From Allosphingosinicella sp. (GTDB taxonomy: Bacteria > Pseudomonadota > Alphaproteobacteria > Sphingomonadales > Sphingomonadaceae), in contig DASVUZ010000062.1 of NCBI GenBank assembly GCA_036386795.1, positions 23,710 to 87,709 of the forward strand: DNA of 64,000 nt. The letters are read 5' to 3'. Both the position numbers and the translations under genes were made by a program. This document shows positions 1-10,140 of the stretch, piece after piece. The notes under the pieces were generated by a model. The model saw only the letters and a list, made by a program, of their open reading frames with translations. It ran no database searches and was not told the DNA's origin. Numbering within the stretch: position 1 is the stretch's first letter; the number at the start of each line of letters is the position of its first letter.

Positions 1-48
1 TTCAACTCCTTGGCACGCGGGGAGAAGACTCCCCGTCCGACGCGCGTC

Positions 49-1290
49 CTAATGCGCCGCGGCTGTACCGGGCTTTAACGCGCCTTGGCCGTCGAGTGCC
101 GCCTGCCGAAGCATCAGGGCGAGCAGGGCGGCGAGGATCAGCGCGGGCGCCGGCAGGTGAAGGAGTCCGAAGGTCTGGACGATCAGCGGCAGGAGGAAGG
201 CGAGCAGCAGGACGAACGAGGCCCCGCTTTCCGGGTCGCGACGAAGCCGGGCGAGCATCAGCAGCGCGGCGAGGCCGGGCACGGTCATGTCGTAGTTGAA
301 GGCGTAGGGAAGGACGAGGAAGGTCGCCACTCCGCCGGCCAGTCCGGCCGAGCGGCTGTCGCGCGGCATGTGGAGCAGCAGCGCCGCCACCGCTCCGCCG
401 GCGGCGAGGAGCTGGAGCGCCCAGGCCGCCGGGCCGCCGAAGCCGAGGGCGGTGACGGTCGGAACCACGGTCGGCATCATCGTCAGGAAATAGGTGCCGA
501 CGTCGTCGACCATCGCTCCCTGAACCCCGACCGTGACTCCGATATAGGTGCGCCACATCTCGACGCCGAAGACGAGGGCCGAGACCGCGACCAGGGCGGC
601 GACGGTGGCTCCGGCGGCGGCGAAGGCCTTCCATTCTCCCCGGCGGGCGAGGATCAGCGGCGCCAGCACGGCGAGGTGCGGCTTGACCAGCATCAGCCCG
701 ATCAGGACCCCGGCGAGGACAGGTCGGCGGGGCAGCAGGTGGAAGGCGCCGAGCCAAAGCGCTCCGATCAGAAGGCCGTAATGGCCGGCCCAGACGTTGA
801 GCAGGGTGGCGGGCGCGATCAGGGCGAGCCAGGCGGGAAGGCCCGCGTCGCGCAGATAGGGGCGGGCGGCGGCGAAGAAGGCCGCTCCGGTCAGCCCGAG
901 CCAGGCGAGCAGCGCGACCGGATAAGGGAGCAGGCCGAACGCCCAGGTGTAGAGAAGGGTCGGCGGCGGGTAGGAGTAATTGTGCGCCCGAAGCGCCCCG
1001 TCGAACAGCATGTCCTGATAGGCGCTGTACGCTTTCAGGTCGTAAAGCAGGTCGAGTCGCCCCTCCAGCGCAAGCCGGCCCGACGTCCAGACGTTGGCGA
1101 AGTCGCGGCCCCAGATCGCGGCGCCGCGGATCGACGGCCAGGGCGTGAAGCGGGTCGACAATATGTCCTGGACGAAGAGCAAGGCCGCGAGCAGGAGGAC
1201 GAACGTCCAGGCGAGAGTCCACAGGCGCTCCTGCGGCGCGGGCACGGGAGCCGCGTCCCGCCAATCGCTCTGCCTCCACGGATAAGCCAT
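49..1290 (-). CDS. Glycosyltransferase family 87 / DUF2029 (GT-C fold) membrane protein
   Basis: 413-aa polytopic ORF with GRDF..W, YSYPPP and GLMLVKPHL motifs typical of GT87/DUF2029. Confidence 0.8.
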   Translation of the reverse strand: MAYPWRQSDWRDAAPVPAPQERLWTLAWTFVLLLAALLFVQDILSTRFTPWPSIRGAAIWGRDFANVWTSGRLALEGRLDLLYDLKAYSAYQDMLFDGALRAHNYSYPPPTLLYTWAFGLLPYPVALLAWLGLTGAAFFAAARPYLRDAGLPAWLALIAPATLLNVWAGHYGLLIGALWLGAFHLLPRRPVLAGVLIGLMLVKPHLAVLAPLILARRGEWKAFAAAGATVAALVAVSALVFGVEMWRTYIGVTVGVQGAMVDDVGTYFLTMMPTVVPTVTALGFGGPAAWALQLLAAGGAVAALLLHMPRDSRSAGLAGGVATFLVLPYAFNYDMTVPGLAALLMLARLRRDPESGASFVLLLAFLLPLIVQTFGLLHLPAPALILAALLALMLRQAALDGQGALKPGTAAAH

Positions 1291-1325
1291 TCCCGCCTCC
1301 TCACCGCAGGGCTAGAAGAACAGGG

Positions 1326-1340
1326 TTAACGGATGGTTAG
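1326..1340. promoter_or_regulatory. Candidate CtrA-binding site
   Basis: TTAA-CGGATGG-TTAG on +; CTAA-N7-TTAAC on -. One mismatch to the CtrA consensus TTAA-N7-TTAAC, in a divergent intergenic region. Confidence 0.4.
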
Positions 1341-1349
1341 CGCGCGCTC

Positions 1350-1519
1350 ATCCTCCCTGTCGCCGAAGGCGATGGGGAGGGGGACCATGCGAAGCATGGT
1401 GGAGGGGCGAATGCAGGAAGGCCGAGGCCGGGATCCCGATCCTCGGACGCTGATCCGGGTATCATTCCACCACCCTTCAGGCGGTCCGCCTCCCCACTCG
1501 CTTCGCCCGCAGGGAGGAT
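1350..1519. repeat. 170-bp palindromic intergenic element (MITE/REP-like)
   Basis: Perfect terminal inverted repeats ATCCTCCCTG (1350-1359) and CAGGGAGGAT (1510-1519), with internal hairpins such as ACCATGCGAAGCATGGT. Confidence 0.75.
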
Positions 1520-1571
1520 TAATGCAGTTAAGTGTTGAATTTCGGCGCCGGAGGAGGGAGCACCGGGCGCG

Positions 1572-3164
1572 ATGATCTCCACTCCCGCCGAACGAGAGAG
1601 CGCAAGCGCCCGCCAGCCGCGCACCTGGTGGGAGCATCCGGCGATGGTCATGGCCGCCGTCCTCGCCTGCGCGATCCCGTTGCTGTGGCCGGACGTGCCG
1701 CCGCTGGTCGACCTTCCCGGCCATATCGGCCGCTATCACGTCCAGCTCAAGATCGACGGCTCGCCGCTGCTTCAGAGCTTCTACGAATTCCGCTGGGCGC
1801 TGATCGGCAATCTCGGAGTCGACCTGCTGGTCGTCCCGCTCGCAGCGCTGATCGGGCTCGAGCCGGCGGTGAAGCTGATCGTCGTCGCGATCCCCGTGAT
1901 GACCGCCGCGGGCTTCCTGTGGGTCGCCCGCGAGGTTCACGGGCGGGTCCCTCCGACCGCCTATTTCGCGCTTCCGCTGACCTACAGCTTCCCGTTCATG
2001 TTCGGCTTCGTGAACTTCGCCTTGTCGATGGCGCTCGCCTTCCTCGCCTTCGCCTTGTGGCTTCGGCTGGCCCGGCTCGGTCGCCTGAGGCTTCGAGCCG
2101 GCCTGTTCGTTCCGATCTCGATCCTGCTCTGGGTCTGCCACGCCTTCGGCTGGGGGACGCTGGGGGTGATGGCCTTCTCGGCCGAGCTGGTTCGCCAGGT
2201 CGACCTGAAGAGGCCGCTCTGGAAGGCCGGATTCAACACCGGCCTCCACTGCCTCGCGCTGGCTCCGCCGATGCTTCTGATGCTGCTGTGGCGAAGCGGA
2301 GCGGTCGCCGGAGAGACTTCGGTCTGGTTCAACTGGAGGCTCAAGAAGAACTGGATCCTGATGGCGCTCCGCGACCGCTGGGAATATTGGGATTATGCGG
2401 CGCTGGCGGTGATCGGGCTGGTCCTCGTCATCGGCCTGCTGTGGTGGAAGAGGCTCGAATATTCGCGCAACCTGGCCGCGTCGGCGATCTTCCTCGCCAT
2501 CGTCTACGTCTGCCTGCCCAGGATCGTGTTCGGCTCCAATTATGCGGACATGAGGCTCGCTCCGTTCGTGATCGCGACGGCGCTCATCGCCATTCGCTAC
2601 CGCCCCGCCTGGGCCGGCCGGGCGGGCGCCACCCTGGCCGTGGCCGGGCTCCTCTTCGCGGGGGCGAGGCTGGCCGGCAACACCTACAGCTTCTGGATGT
2701 ACGACCGGGCCTATGACCGCGAGCTGGCCGCGGTCGAGCATATCCCGAGCGGCGCCCGGGTCGTCTCCTTCGTCGGGGTCAAGTGCCGCAAGGATTGGGC
2801 GCAGACCCGGCTCGAGCACCTTCCGGCGATGGCCCTGGTGCGCCGGGACGCCTTCTCCAACGACCAGTGGTCGATGAGCGGGGCGCAGCTGCTGACCGCC
2901 ATCTATCCCGATCGCGACAGCTGGTTCTCCCGCGACCCCTCGCAGCAGGTGCTCGCCGGCCCCTGCCGCCCCGAGCGCTGGCTGACTCTCGACCAGTCGC
3001 TGATCCTCTTCCCGCGCGACAAGTTCGATTATGTCTGGCTGCTCCGCCCCCCCCGCCCGGACCCGGCGCTTCTGCGCGGGCTTCGGCCGGTCTGGCAAAG
3101 CGGCACGAGCGTGCTGTATCGAGTCGCCGACAAGAGCCCGATCCTGCTCCAGGAACCCGAATGA
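1572..3164 (+). CDS. Polytopic membrane protein, probable GT-C glycosyltransferase
   Basis: 530 aa, many TM segments, N-terminal loop motif PPLVDLPGH; stop overlaps the GT2 start. Confidence 0.6.
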   Translation: MISTPAERESASARQPRTWWEHPAMVMAAVLACAIPLLWPDVPPLVDLPGHIGRYHVQLKIDGSPLLQSFYEFRWALIGNLGVDLLVVPLAALIGLEPAVKLIVVAIPVMTAAGFLWVAREVHGRVPPTAYFALPLTYSFPFMFGFVNFALSMALAFLAFALWLRLARLGRLRLRAGLFVPISILLWVCHAFGWGTLGVMAFSAELVRQVDLKRPLWKAGFNTGLHCLALAPPMLLMLLWRSGAVAGETSVWFNWRLKKNWILMALRDRWEYWDYAALAVIGLVLVIGLLWWKRLEYSRNLAASAIFLAIVYVCLPRIVFGSNYADMRLAPFVIATALIAIRYRPAWAGRAGATLAVAGLLFAGARLAGNTYSFWMYDRAYDRELAAVEHIPSGARVVSFVGVKCRKDWAQTRLEHLPAMALVRRDAFSNDQWSMSGAQLLTAIYPDRDSWFSRDPSQQVLAGPCRPERWLTLDQSLILFPRDKFDYVWLLRPPRPDPALLRGLRPVWQSGTSVLYRVADKSPILLQEPE

Positions 3165-4207
3165 AGCCTCCGTCCCTCTCGATCGTCGTTCCCTGCTACA
3201 ACGAGGAAGCCTGCCTCGGCGAGCTGCACGGCCGGCTGACCGCCGCCGCGCGCTCGGTGGTCGGCGACGATTACGAGATCGTGCTCGTCAACGACGGCTC
3301 GCGCGACCGAAGCTGGGAGATGATGCGGACTCTGTCGGCGGCCGATCCGAGGCTGGTGGCGATCAACCTGTCGCGCAACCACGGCCACCAGCTCGCCCTG
3401 ACTGCCGGGCTCGACCTGTGCGCCGGGCAGCGAATCCTGATCATCGACGCCGACCTGCAGGATCCGCCCGAGCTGCTTCCGGCGATGATCGTCGAAATGG
3501 ACGAGCGCGGCGCCGACGTCGTCTATGCGGTGCGCAGGGCGAGGGCGGGCGAGACCGCGTTCAAGCGCGGCACTGCCAAGCTCTTCTACCGTCTCCTGTC
3601 GAGGCTCGCGGAAATCGAGATCCCGCGCGACACCGGGGACTTCCGGCTGATGAGCCGGCGCGCGCTCGACGCGCTGCTGAGCCTTCCCGAGCAGGCGCGC
3701 TTCATCCGGGGGATGGTCGCCTGGGTCGGCTTCCGCCAGGTCCCGATCGCCTACGACCGGGCCGAGCGCCATGCCGGGCAGAGCAAATATCCGCTGTCCA
3801 AGATGGTCCGGTTCGCGCTCGACGCCGTCACCGGATTCTCGACCGCCCCGCTCAGGATGGCGAGCCATATCGGCCTTTGGCTGGTCGCCGCGTCGGTGCT
3901 CCTGGTCGGCTATATCGCGGTCGGATTCTTCACCGGAAGCGCCATCCAGGGCTGGACCTCATTGATGCTGGTGGTGGTGGTGCTCGGAGCGGTGCAGATG
4001 TTCGTTCTCGGGATGATCGGCGAATATCTCGGCCGGCTCTACATGGAGGCCAAGCACCGGCCGCTCTACATCGTCGCCGAGATCGCCGGCCATGCCGGCG
4101 GGAGCGCGACGCTCGGCCATGTCGCTCACGCGGCCGAAGAGGCGGGGGCCGAGACGATCGCCACTAGCGACACTCCGGGCGGCAACGGAAGCCGGCCGAT
4201 CACGTAG
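3161..4207 (+). CDS. Glycosyltransferase family 2, GtrB/polyprenol-phosphate glycosyltransferase type
   Basis: ATG at 3161; SIVVPCYNEE, VNDGSRD, SRNHGHQ, IDADLQDPP, TGDFRLMSR; two C-terminal TM helices. Confidence 0.9.
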   Translation: MKPPSLSIVVPCYNEEACLGELHGRLTAAARSVVGDDYEIVLVNDGSRDRSWEMMRTLSAADPRLVAINLSRNHGHQLALTAGLDLCAGQRILIIDADLQDPPELLPAMIVEMDERGADVVYAVRRARAGETAFKRGTAKLFYRLLSRLAEIEIPRDTGDFRLMSRRALDALLSLPEQARFIRGMVAWVGFRQVPIAYDRAERHAGQSKYPLSKMVRFALDAVTGFSTAPLRMASHIGLWLVAASVLLVGYIAVGFFTGSAIQGWTSLMLVVVVLGAVQMFVLGMIGEYLGRLYMEAKHRPLYIVAEIAGHAGGSATLGHVAHAAEEAGAETIATSDTPGGNGSRPIT

Positions 4208-4869
4208 CGCTCGAGGCCGAATATGGCTTCGAACAGGGCGTTGAGCGGCCTCGGCGGCAGCTTGTCGTCGCTGTCCTCCTTGCGGCGCACCTTGCCCGCG
4301 AAGCGCGCCGCCGCGGCGAGCGGGAAGAGCAGGCTGTTGAACCAGCCCATCATCTCGAGCTTGAGGCCGGCCGCCTCGACCGCGGAGCGAAGAGTCCGGC
4401 GGGTGTAGCGGCGCTTGTGGTGGTTGACGACGTCGTGGGCGCTCCACATCCAGGGGTGCGCCGGGACCGCGACAAGGATACGGCCTCCGGGCCTGAGCTT
4501 TCGGGCGATGCTCTCGAGCGCCTGCCGGTCCGCCTCGACATGCTCCAGCACGTCGAGGATGGCGACGAGGTCGTAGGCGCCGTCCTCCACGCCGCTGAGG
4601 GCGGGCAGAGGCGAATCCATCACCTCATGGCCGAGCCGGGCGCTGGCGATGGCGCGGGCGGCGGCATCGATCTCGACGGCGTCGACCCCGCCGAAGCGCT
4701 TGAGCATGACGAGGTTGTGCCCGGTGCCGCAGCCGATCTCGAGGATTCGCGGATCCGCCGGAAGCCGGATTCGGCGGCGGATGAGGGCGGCGAGGATCTC
4801 GCGGCGGGCGCGGTACCACCAGTGGCGGCTGTCGAGCTCGGCCATGCGGTCATAGACGATCCTCTCCAT
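4126..4869 (-). CDS. Class I SAM-dependent methyltransferase
   Basis: MERIVYDRMAE start at 4869; ILEIGCGTG motif I, LDVLEHV, LRPGG. Confidence 0.88.
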   Translation of the reverse strand: MERIVYDRMAELDSRHWWYRARREILAALIRRRIRLPADPRILEIGCGTGHNLVMLKRFGGVDAVEIDAAARAIASARLGHEVMDSPLPALSGVEDGAYDLVAILDVLEHVEADRQALESIARKLRPGGRILVAVPAHPWMWSAHDVVNHHKRRYTRRTLRSAVEAAGLKLEMMGWFNSLLFPLAAAARFAGKVRRKEDSDDKLPPRPLNALFEAIFGLERYVIGRLPLPPGVSLVAIVSAPASSAA

Positions 4870-5273
4870 CAGCCGAACACCCACCACCGATTGAGCGCGA
4901 AGGTGACGAAGGGGGTCACGAGCACCGCCGGAACCAGCGGCCACCAGGTCGGCCCGTCGAGCAGCGGCCCCGTCAGCACCCAGGTGAAGGCGGCGTTGAG
5001 CACCAGTCCGGCCGACTGGACGAGCACGAACTTGCTCTGGGTCTCGGCCGATCCTTCGGCCTTGCTATGGCCTTTGAAGCTCCAGCGGCTGTGCAGAAAA
5101 TAGCCCACGCTGACCGCGACGGCGAAGGCGGCGAGCACGGCCAGCATCGGATGGATGACGTAGGTGGCGAGCGGCCAGTAGACGGCCGCGTAGACGAGGG
5201 TCGAAAAGGCGCCGACGAGGCCGAACCGGACCAGCTGGCCGAACAAAGGCGGTATCGCGCTGCGCAACTTCAT
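4869..5273 (-). CDS. GtrA family flippase-like protein
   Basis: C-terminal 134 aa of the 762-aa track ORF; QLVRFGLVG, YFLHSRWSF, FALNRWWVF; four TM helices. Confidence 0.88.
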   Translation of the reverse strand: MKLRSAIPPLFGQLVRFGLVGAFSTLVYAAVYWPLATYVIHPMLAVLAAFAVAVSVGYFLHSRWSFKGHSKAEGSAETQSKFVLVQSAGLVLNAAFTWVLTGPLLDGPTWWPLVPAVLVTPFVTFALNRWWVFG

Positions 5274-5354
5274 CTCAGCGCGTCCCTCCCTGCCCGGCCG
5301 CTTGCCCTTTGCCGTGCAGCGACTAATGCCGGGGCGAGGGGTTGAAAAGGGCTG

Positions 5355-7187
5355 TTGGCGATGGAGGGGCTGGACTGGCTGGAGCGGCGCAGGGGCTGGT
5401 GGGTGCTGCTCTTCTGGCTCCTGGCTTCGGCCTGGCTCCTCTACATGCGCTGGGGGCCGATCAACGCCTTCGCGCTCGGCGACACCGACGACAATCTTCG
5501 GATCATGCAGGTGCGCGGCCTGATCGCCGGGCAGGACTGGTACGACCTGCGCCAGTACCGGCTCAATCCGCCCGCCGGAGCCGACGTCCACTGGTCGCGG
5601 CTGGTCGACCTCCCAATCGCCGGAATCCGGCTGGTTCTGGCGCCGCTGATCGGCGGGCCGCCGGCGGAAAAGGCGGCGGTGGCGCTCGCGCCTTTGCTCC
5701 CGCTCGGAGTGGCGATGGCGGCGGTGGCGGCGAGCGCTCGCCGCCTGGTCGGCCCCGGCGCCTTCCCGCTGGCCATTGCATTGCTGCTGTGCGGCCATTC
5801 GGCGCGGGGCATGTGGTCGCCGCTCAGGATCGATCATCACGGCTGGCAGCTCGCCCTGCTCGCCATCGCGGTCGCTTCCCTTTGCGATCCGAAGCGGGCT
5901 CGCGGCGGCGCCCTGCTCGGAGTCTCCAGCGCCCTGTCGCTGGTGATCGGCCTCGAGATGTTGCTCTACCTGGCGCTGGCCGGAGCCGTCGTCGTGCTGA
6001 TGTGGGTCCGCGACCGCGACGAGGGCCGGCGCCTCGCCGCCTACGGAGCCAGCCTCGCCGGCGGAGGCGCGCTCGGCTTCCTGCTCTTCGCCTCTCATGC
6101 GAACCGGGCGCCGGTGTGCGACGCGCTGTCGCCGGTATGGCTGTCGGCGGTCGCCGGCGGCGGCGCCGTGGCGGTGGCCCTGGCCTTTCTCGCCCCCCGC
6201 GCCTGGACTCTTCGGCTCGCGGTCGCGGCCGCGGCCGGGGCGGCGCTGGCCGCCGGCTTCGCTCTCGCCTGGCCGAACTGCCTCGGCCGGCTGGAAGGCG
6301 CCTCGCCCGAGCTGGTCCGGCTGTGGCTCGGCAACGTCCGCGAGGCGCGCCCGATCTACATGCACGGCTACTCGACCGCGATCGCAATCGCGGCGCTGCC
6401 GGCGGCCGGGCTGATCGGCTATGCGGCGATGCTCTGGCTCCACCGGCGCGATCCGGACAGGCTCGCCGCCTGGGCGGCGACCGCCGCTCCGGCGCTTCTC
6501 GCTGCGGCCCTGCTGTTCTGGCAGAGCCGGGCCGGGCCGGCGGCCCAGCTGCTCGCCGTGCCCGGAGCGGCCGCCCTGGCCTGGCTCGCCATCGCTCGGA
6601 TCCGCGGCAGCGGCTCGCTGGCGGTCCGGGTGATCGGGGCCGCTCTCGCCTTCCTCCTCGTCTCCGGAATCCTCGTCCAGCAGGTGGTCGGCCAGTTTTT
6701 TCCGCCCAAGCCGAGGCCCGGGCTCAAGCCGGTCAACAAGGCCAACGGCCTGTGCCCCACCTTGTGGGCGCTGAAGCCGGTCGCGCTGGTGCCCAAGGGG
6801 CAGGTGCTGACCTTCGTCGACCTCGGCCCAAGGCTGATCGCCGTCACCCACCATGACGCCGTCGCCGGCCCCTATCACCGCAACGGCCGCGACATCATCG
6901 ACGTCATGCGGGCCTTCCGGGGCTCGACCGATAACGCCCGGGCGACGATCGAGCGGCGCGGGGTCGACTATGTGCTGATCTGCCCGGGCCTCTCCGAATC
7001 CACCGTCTATTCGAGCCAGGCCAAGGACGGCTTCTACATGCAGCTGGTCCGCGGCCAGGTGCCGGCCTGGCTTCAGCCGGTGCCGCTGCCGGCCGATTCG
7101 CCCTACAGGATGTGGCGGGTCGCCGAGACGAAGCCTTTGGTCGGCGGCGCGATCCAAGGCCGGGGGGCGCCGGCGGATCGGCCCTAG
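5355..7187 (+). CDS. Polytopic membrane protein, probable GT-C (oligosaccharyltransferase-like) enzyme
   Basis: 610 aa; DTDD..R acidic loop, HWSRLVD, RIDHHGWQ; TM-rich core and soluble C-terminal domain. Confidence 0.6.
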   Translation: MAMEGLDWLERRRGWWVLLFWLLASAWLLYMRWGPINAFALGDTDDNLRIMQVRGLIAGQDWYDLRQYRLNPPAGADVHWSRLVDLPIAGIRLVLAPLIGGPPAEKAAVALAPLLPLGVAMAAVAASARRLVGPGAFPLAIALLLCGHSARGMWSPLRIDHHGWQLALLAIAVASLCDPKRARGGALLGVSSALSLVIGLEMLLYLALAGAVVVLMWVRDRDEGRRLAAYGASLAGGGALGFLLFASHANRAPVCDALSPVWLSAVAGGGAVAVALAFLAPRAWTLRLAVAAAAGAALAAGFALAWPNCLGRLEGASPELVRLWLGNVREARPIYMHGYSTAIAIAALPAAGLIGYAAMLWLHRRDPDRLAAWAATAAPALLAAALLFWQSRAGPAAQLLAVPGAAALAWLAIARIRGSGSLAVRVIGAALAFLLVSGILVQQVVGQFFPPKPRPGLKPVNKANGLCPTLWALKPVALVPKGQVLTFVDLGPRLIAVTHHDAVAGPYHRNGRDIIDVMRAFRGSTDNARATIERRGVDYVLICPGLSESTVYSSQAKDGFYMQLVRGQVPAWLQPVPLPADSPYRMWRVAETKPLVGGAIQGRGAPADRP

Positions 7188-7807
7188 ACCTCGAAGCTGA
7201 CCGAGATTCCGTCGATCACGAACTGGGCTGCGAGTGCGGCGAGGATGACTCCGAGCAGGCGAGTCAGCATCGCCTCCATGCGATGGCCGAGCAGGCGCAT
7301 CAGCCAGCCGGCGGCGAGCAGCGAGATCAGGGTGAGGAGAAGCACCGCGCCGAGGGCGGCGAGCACCACCAGCGACTGGTCGAGCCCGTCGCTGCGAGCC
7401 ATCAGAAGCATGATCGAGGCGATTGAGCCCGGCCCCGCGATCATCGGGATCGCCATCGGGAAGACCGAAACGTCGTCATGCTCGGGGTCCGCCTCGACCT
7501 GCTGGGCGCGGGTCTCGCGGCGCTGGGTGCGGCGCTCGAAGACCATATCCAGAGCGATCAGGAACAGCATGATCCCGCCGGCGATCCGGAAGGCGGCGAG
7601 GCTGATTCCGAGCGTCCTCAGCAAATCCTCGCCGAGCAGGCCGAAGAAGAGCAGGATCCCGGCCGCGACCAGCGACGCCCGGATCGCCATCGACCGGCGC
7701 TGGGCGGCGGTCGCCTCCCTGGTGAGGCCGGCGAAGATCGGAGCGCAGCCGGGCGGGTCGATGACGACGAAGAAGGTGACGAAGGCCGAGAGGAAGAGAG
7801 CGGTCAC
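7184..7807 (-). CDS. marC: MarC family membrane protein
   Basis: [40 protein letters not shown]. Confidence 0.9.
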   Translation of the reverse strand: MTALFLSAFVTFFVVIDPPGCAPIFAGLTREATAAQRRSMAIRASLVAAGILLFFGLLGEDLLRTLGISLAAFRIAGGIMLFLIALDMVFERRTQRRETRAQQVEADPEHDDVSVFPMAIPMIAGPGSIASIMLLMARSDGLDQSLVVLAALGAVLLLTLISLLAAGWLMRLLGHRMEAMLTRLLGVILAALAAQFVIDGISVSFEV

Positions 7808-8694
7808 AGGCCCTCCGGCGGCGGCAGGCCGGCGCGGGCGTGGGCCGCGACGAGAGTGTTGCGGAGGAGGACGGCGATCGTCATCGGGCCGACCCCGCCG
7901 GGCACGGGCGTGATCGCTCCCGCGACTTCGGCCGCGCTTTCGAAATCGACGTCGCCGACGAGGCGGCCCTTGCCCTCCCCTTCGCCGGGGACGCGGTTGA
8001 TTCCGACGTCGATCACGGTGGTTCCGGGCTTGATCCAGTCGCCCCGGATCATCCCGGCTCGGCCGACGGCGGCGACGAGGATGTCGGCCCGCCGCACCAC
8101 CTCACGCAGGTCGCGGGTCCGGCTGTGGGCGATCGTCACCGTGCAATTCTCGGCGAGGAGGAGCTGGGCCATGGGCTTGCCGACGATGTTCGATCGGCCG
8201 ACCACCACCGCCTCGAGCCCCGAAAGGTCGCCGTGCCGGTCCTTCAGAAGCATCAGGCAGCCGAGCGGGGTGCAGGGCACAAGCCCCTCCTCGCCGACGG
8301 CGAGTCGGCCGGCGCTGATCGGGTGGAAGCCGTCCACGTCCTTGGCCGGATCGACCGCCTCGATCACCGCCTTGTCGTCGATCCCGGCCGGGAGCGGCAG
8401 CTGGACCAGGATTCCGTCGACATTATCGTCGTCGTTGAGCGCTCCGATCAGGGCGAGAAGCTCCTCCTGCGAAACGCTGTCGGGGAGCCGATGCTCGAAG
8501 CTCGCCATTCCGGCCTCGGTGGTCGCCCGGCCCTTGGAGCGGACATAGACGGCGCTCGCCGGATCCTCGCCGACCAGGACCACCGCCAGGCCGGGCGCCC
8601 GGCCGGCCGCGGCGGAAAAGGCCGGAACGGCCTCGGCGATCCGCTCCCGAAGCCGGGCCGCGAAGGCCCGGCCGTCGATGAGCGCGGCGCTCAC
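7804..8694 (-). CDS. folD: Bifunctional methylenetetrahydrofolate dehydrogenase/cyclohydrolase
   Basis: [45 protein letters not shown]. Confidence 0.97.
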   Translation of the reverse strand: MSAALIDGRAFAARLRERIAEAVPAFSAAAGRAPGLAVVLVGEDPASAVYVRSKGRATTEAGMASFEHRLPDSVSQEELLALIGALNDDDNVDGILVQLPLPAGIDDKAVIEAVDPAKDVDGFHPISAGRLAVGEEGLVPCTPLGCLMLLKDRHGDLSGLEAVVVGRSNIVGKPMAQLLLAENCTVTIAHSRTRDLREVVRRADILVAAVGRAGMIRGDWIKPGTTVIDVGINRVPGEGEGKGRLVGDVDFESAAEVAGAITPVPGGVGPMTIAVLLRNTLVAAHARAGLPPPEGL

Positions 8695-8996
8695 CGGTAA
8701 TAGCCGGCCGCGACTTCGAACGCGACGCTTCGAAGCATCCGGTCGAGGATGAGAAGGACGATCAGGACCACCATCGGGCTGAAGTCGAGGCCGCCGAAAT
8801 CCGGAAGGATCTTGCGGATCGGCCGGTAGACCGGCTCGGTGATCCGGTCGAGCCCCTTGAGGAGCCCCCGGACGAAGTCGTTATAGGTGTTGATGACGTT
8901 GAAGGCGACCAGCCAGCTGAGGATCATCTGGATGACGATGATCCACCAGATCACCGTCAGCAGGATCAGCACAACCTGAATTAGGCCCAGCAGCAT
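8691..8996 (-). CDS. yggT: YggT family membrane protein
   Basis: [28 protein letters not shown]. Confidence 0.9.
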   Translation of the reverse strand: MLLGLIQVVLILLTVIWWIIVIQMILSWLVAFNVINTYNDFVRGLLKGLDRITEPVYRPIRKILPDFGGLDFSPMVVLIVLLILDRMLRSVAFEVAAGYYR

Positions 8997-9125
8997 CGGT
9001 CAGTCTCCCCGCGGTCGGTCCAGCGCGATGTAGGGAAGGGGCGGGTTGGGGGCAATGCCATGGCACCCCCTCGCTGCGGCTCTCACGGGAATGACGAAGC
9101 TCGCAAAGCGCGCTATCCTGGCTCG

Positions 9126-10133
9126 ATGACCATCGCCTTTGTCCTCGCGCTCGCGGCGGCGGCTCCCCAGCCGGGCGCGATCAAGACCTTCCAGGACTGG
9201 ACGGTGGGGTGCGACAATGGCGCCGCCTGCCACGCCGTCGCCCTGATGCCGGAGGACTGGCCGGAGGACGGCCTGACGATGAGCGTCCGGCGCGGGCCCC
9301 AGCCCGGCGCGGCGCCCGAGCTGGCCTTCGATCTCGGCGCCGACAGCAGCGCCGTCGCGGTCAGCGCCGACGGCGTCCGGCTGGCCGCGCGCCTGTTCGG
9401 AAGGGAGGGCGAGACCCGGGTCGCGCCCGCCGACGCTTCGGCCCTGATCGCGGCGCTGCGTTCCGCCGGCCGGCTGGAGCTTCACTCGGCCGACGGCAAG
9501 CCGCTCGGGACCGTCTCGCTGAAGGGCGCGAGCGCGGCCCTGCTCTACATGGACGAGCAGCAGGGCCGGGTCGGCACTGCGACCGCCCTCGTCCGGCGCG
9601 GGACCCGGCCGCAGGGCCGGCTCGCCTCGCCGCCGCCTCTTCCGGTCGTCGTCGCCCGGCGAGTGCCCTCGACCCGGCCGCTGGCGCTGTCGGCGGCCGC
9701 GATTCGGGCGCTTCGCAGGAAGCATGGCTGCACGATCGACGAGGTCGGCGGCCCGGACGAGGCCGAGACCGCCGCGATCGGCCCGTCGGAGACCCTGCTG
9801 CTGCTGGCCTGCGGCTCGGGCGCCTACAATGTCAGCCACGTTCCCTTCGTCCTTCGGCGCGGCCATGGCGGCGCCGAGCTCGCGGCTTTCGACGTGAGGC
9901 CGGGCTGGTGGGCGGAGGAAGGCAAGCCGATGCTGGTCAATGCGGGCTGGGACAGGGAGCGGGGGCTGCTGGGCAGCTTCTCCAAGGGGCGAGGCCTCGC
10001 CGATTGCGGCACGACCTCCGAATATGGCTGGGACGGGCGGGCCTTCCGGCTGGTGGAGCAGGCCGAGATGGACGAGTGCCGGGGATCGCGGGACTACATC
10101 ACGACCTGGCGGGCGCGGGTGGTTCGGAAATAG
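9126..10133 (+). CDS. DUF1176-like secreted protein
   Basis: Signal peptide from ATG 9126; FQDWTVGCDN, CGSGAYN, KGRGLADCG, WDGRAF. Confidence 0.75.
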   Translation: MTIAFVLALAAAAPQPGAIKTFQDWTVGCDNGAACHAVALMPEDWPEDGLTMSVRRGPQPGAAPELAFDLGADSSAVAVSADGVRLAARLFGREGETRVAPADASALIAALRSAGRLELHSADGKPLGTVSLKGASAALLYMDEQQGRVGTATALVRRGTRPQGRLASPPPLPVVVARRVPSTRPLALSAAAIRALRRKHGCTIDEVGGPDEAETAAIGPSETLLLLACGSGAYNVSHVPFVLRRGHGGAELAAFDVRPGWWAEEGKPMLVNAGWDRERGLLGSFSKGRGLADCGTTSEYGWDGRAFRLVEQAEMDECRGSRDYITTWRARVVRK

Positions 10134-10140
10134 GGCGCGG

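Noticed and set aside
1326-3098. Long antisense or alternate-frame ORFs (e.g. 1326-3098, 9940-12414, 15058-16686, 17246-19033, 31437-32642)
   Set aside because: Arg/Pro/Gly-rich shadows of well-supported genes, expected in high-GC DNA
4126-4207. 82-bp convergent overlap of the GT2 and methyltransferase 3' ends
   Set aside because: Both tails are low-information extensions; no evidence of function
4869-7157. 762-aa minus-strand ORF
   Set aside because: Mostly the antisense shadow of 5355-7187; only the last 134 codons (GtrA) look real
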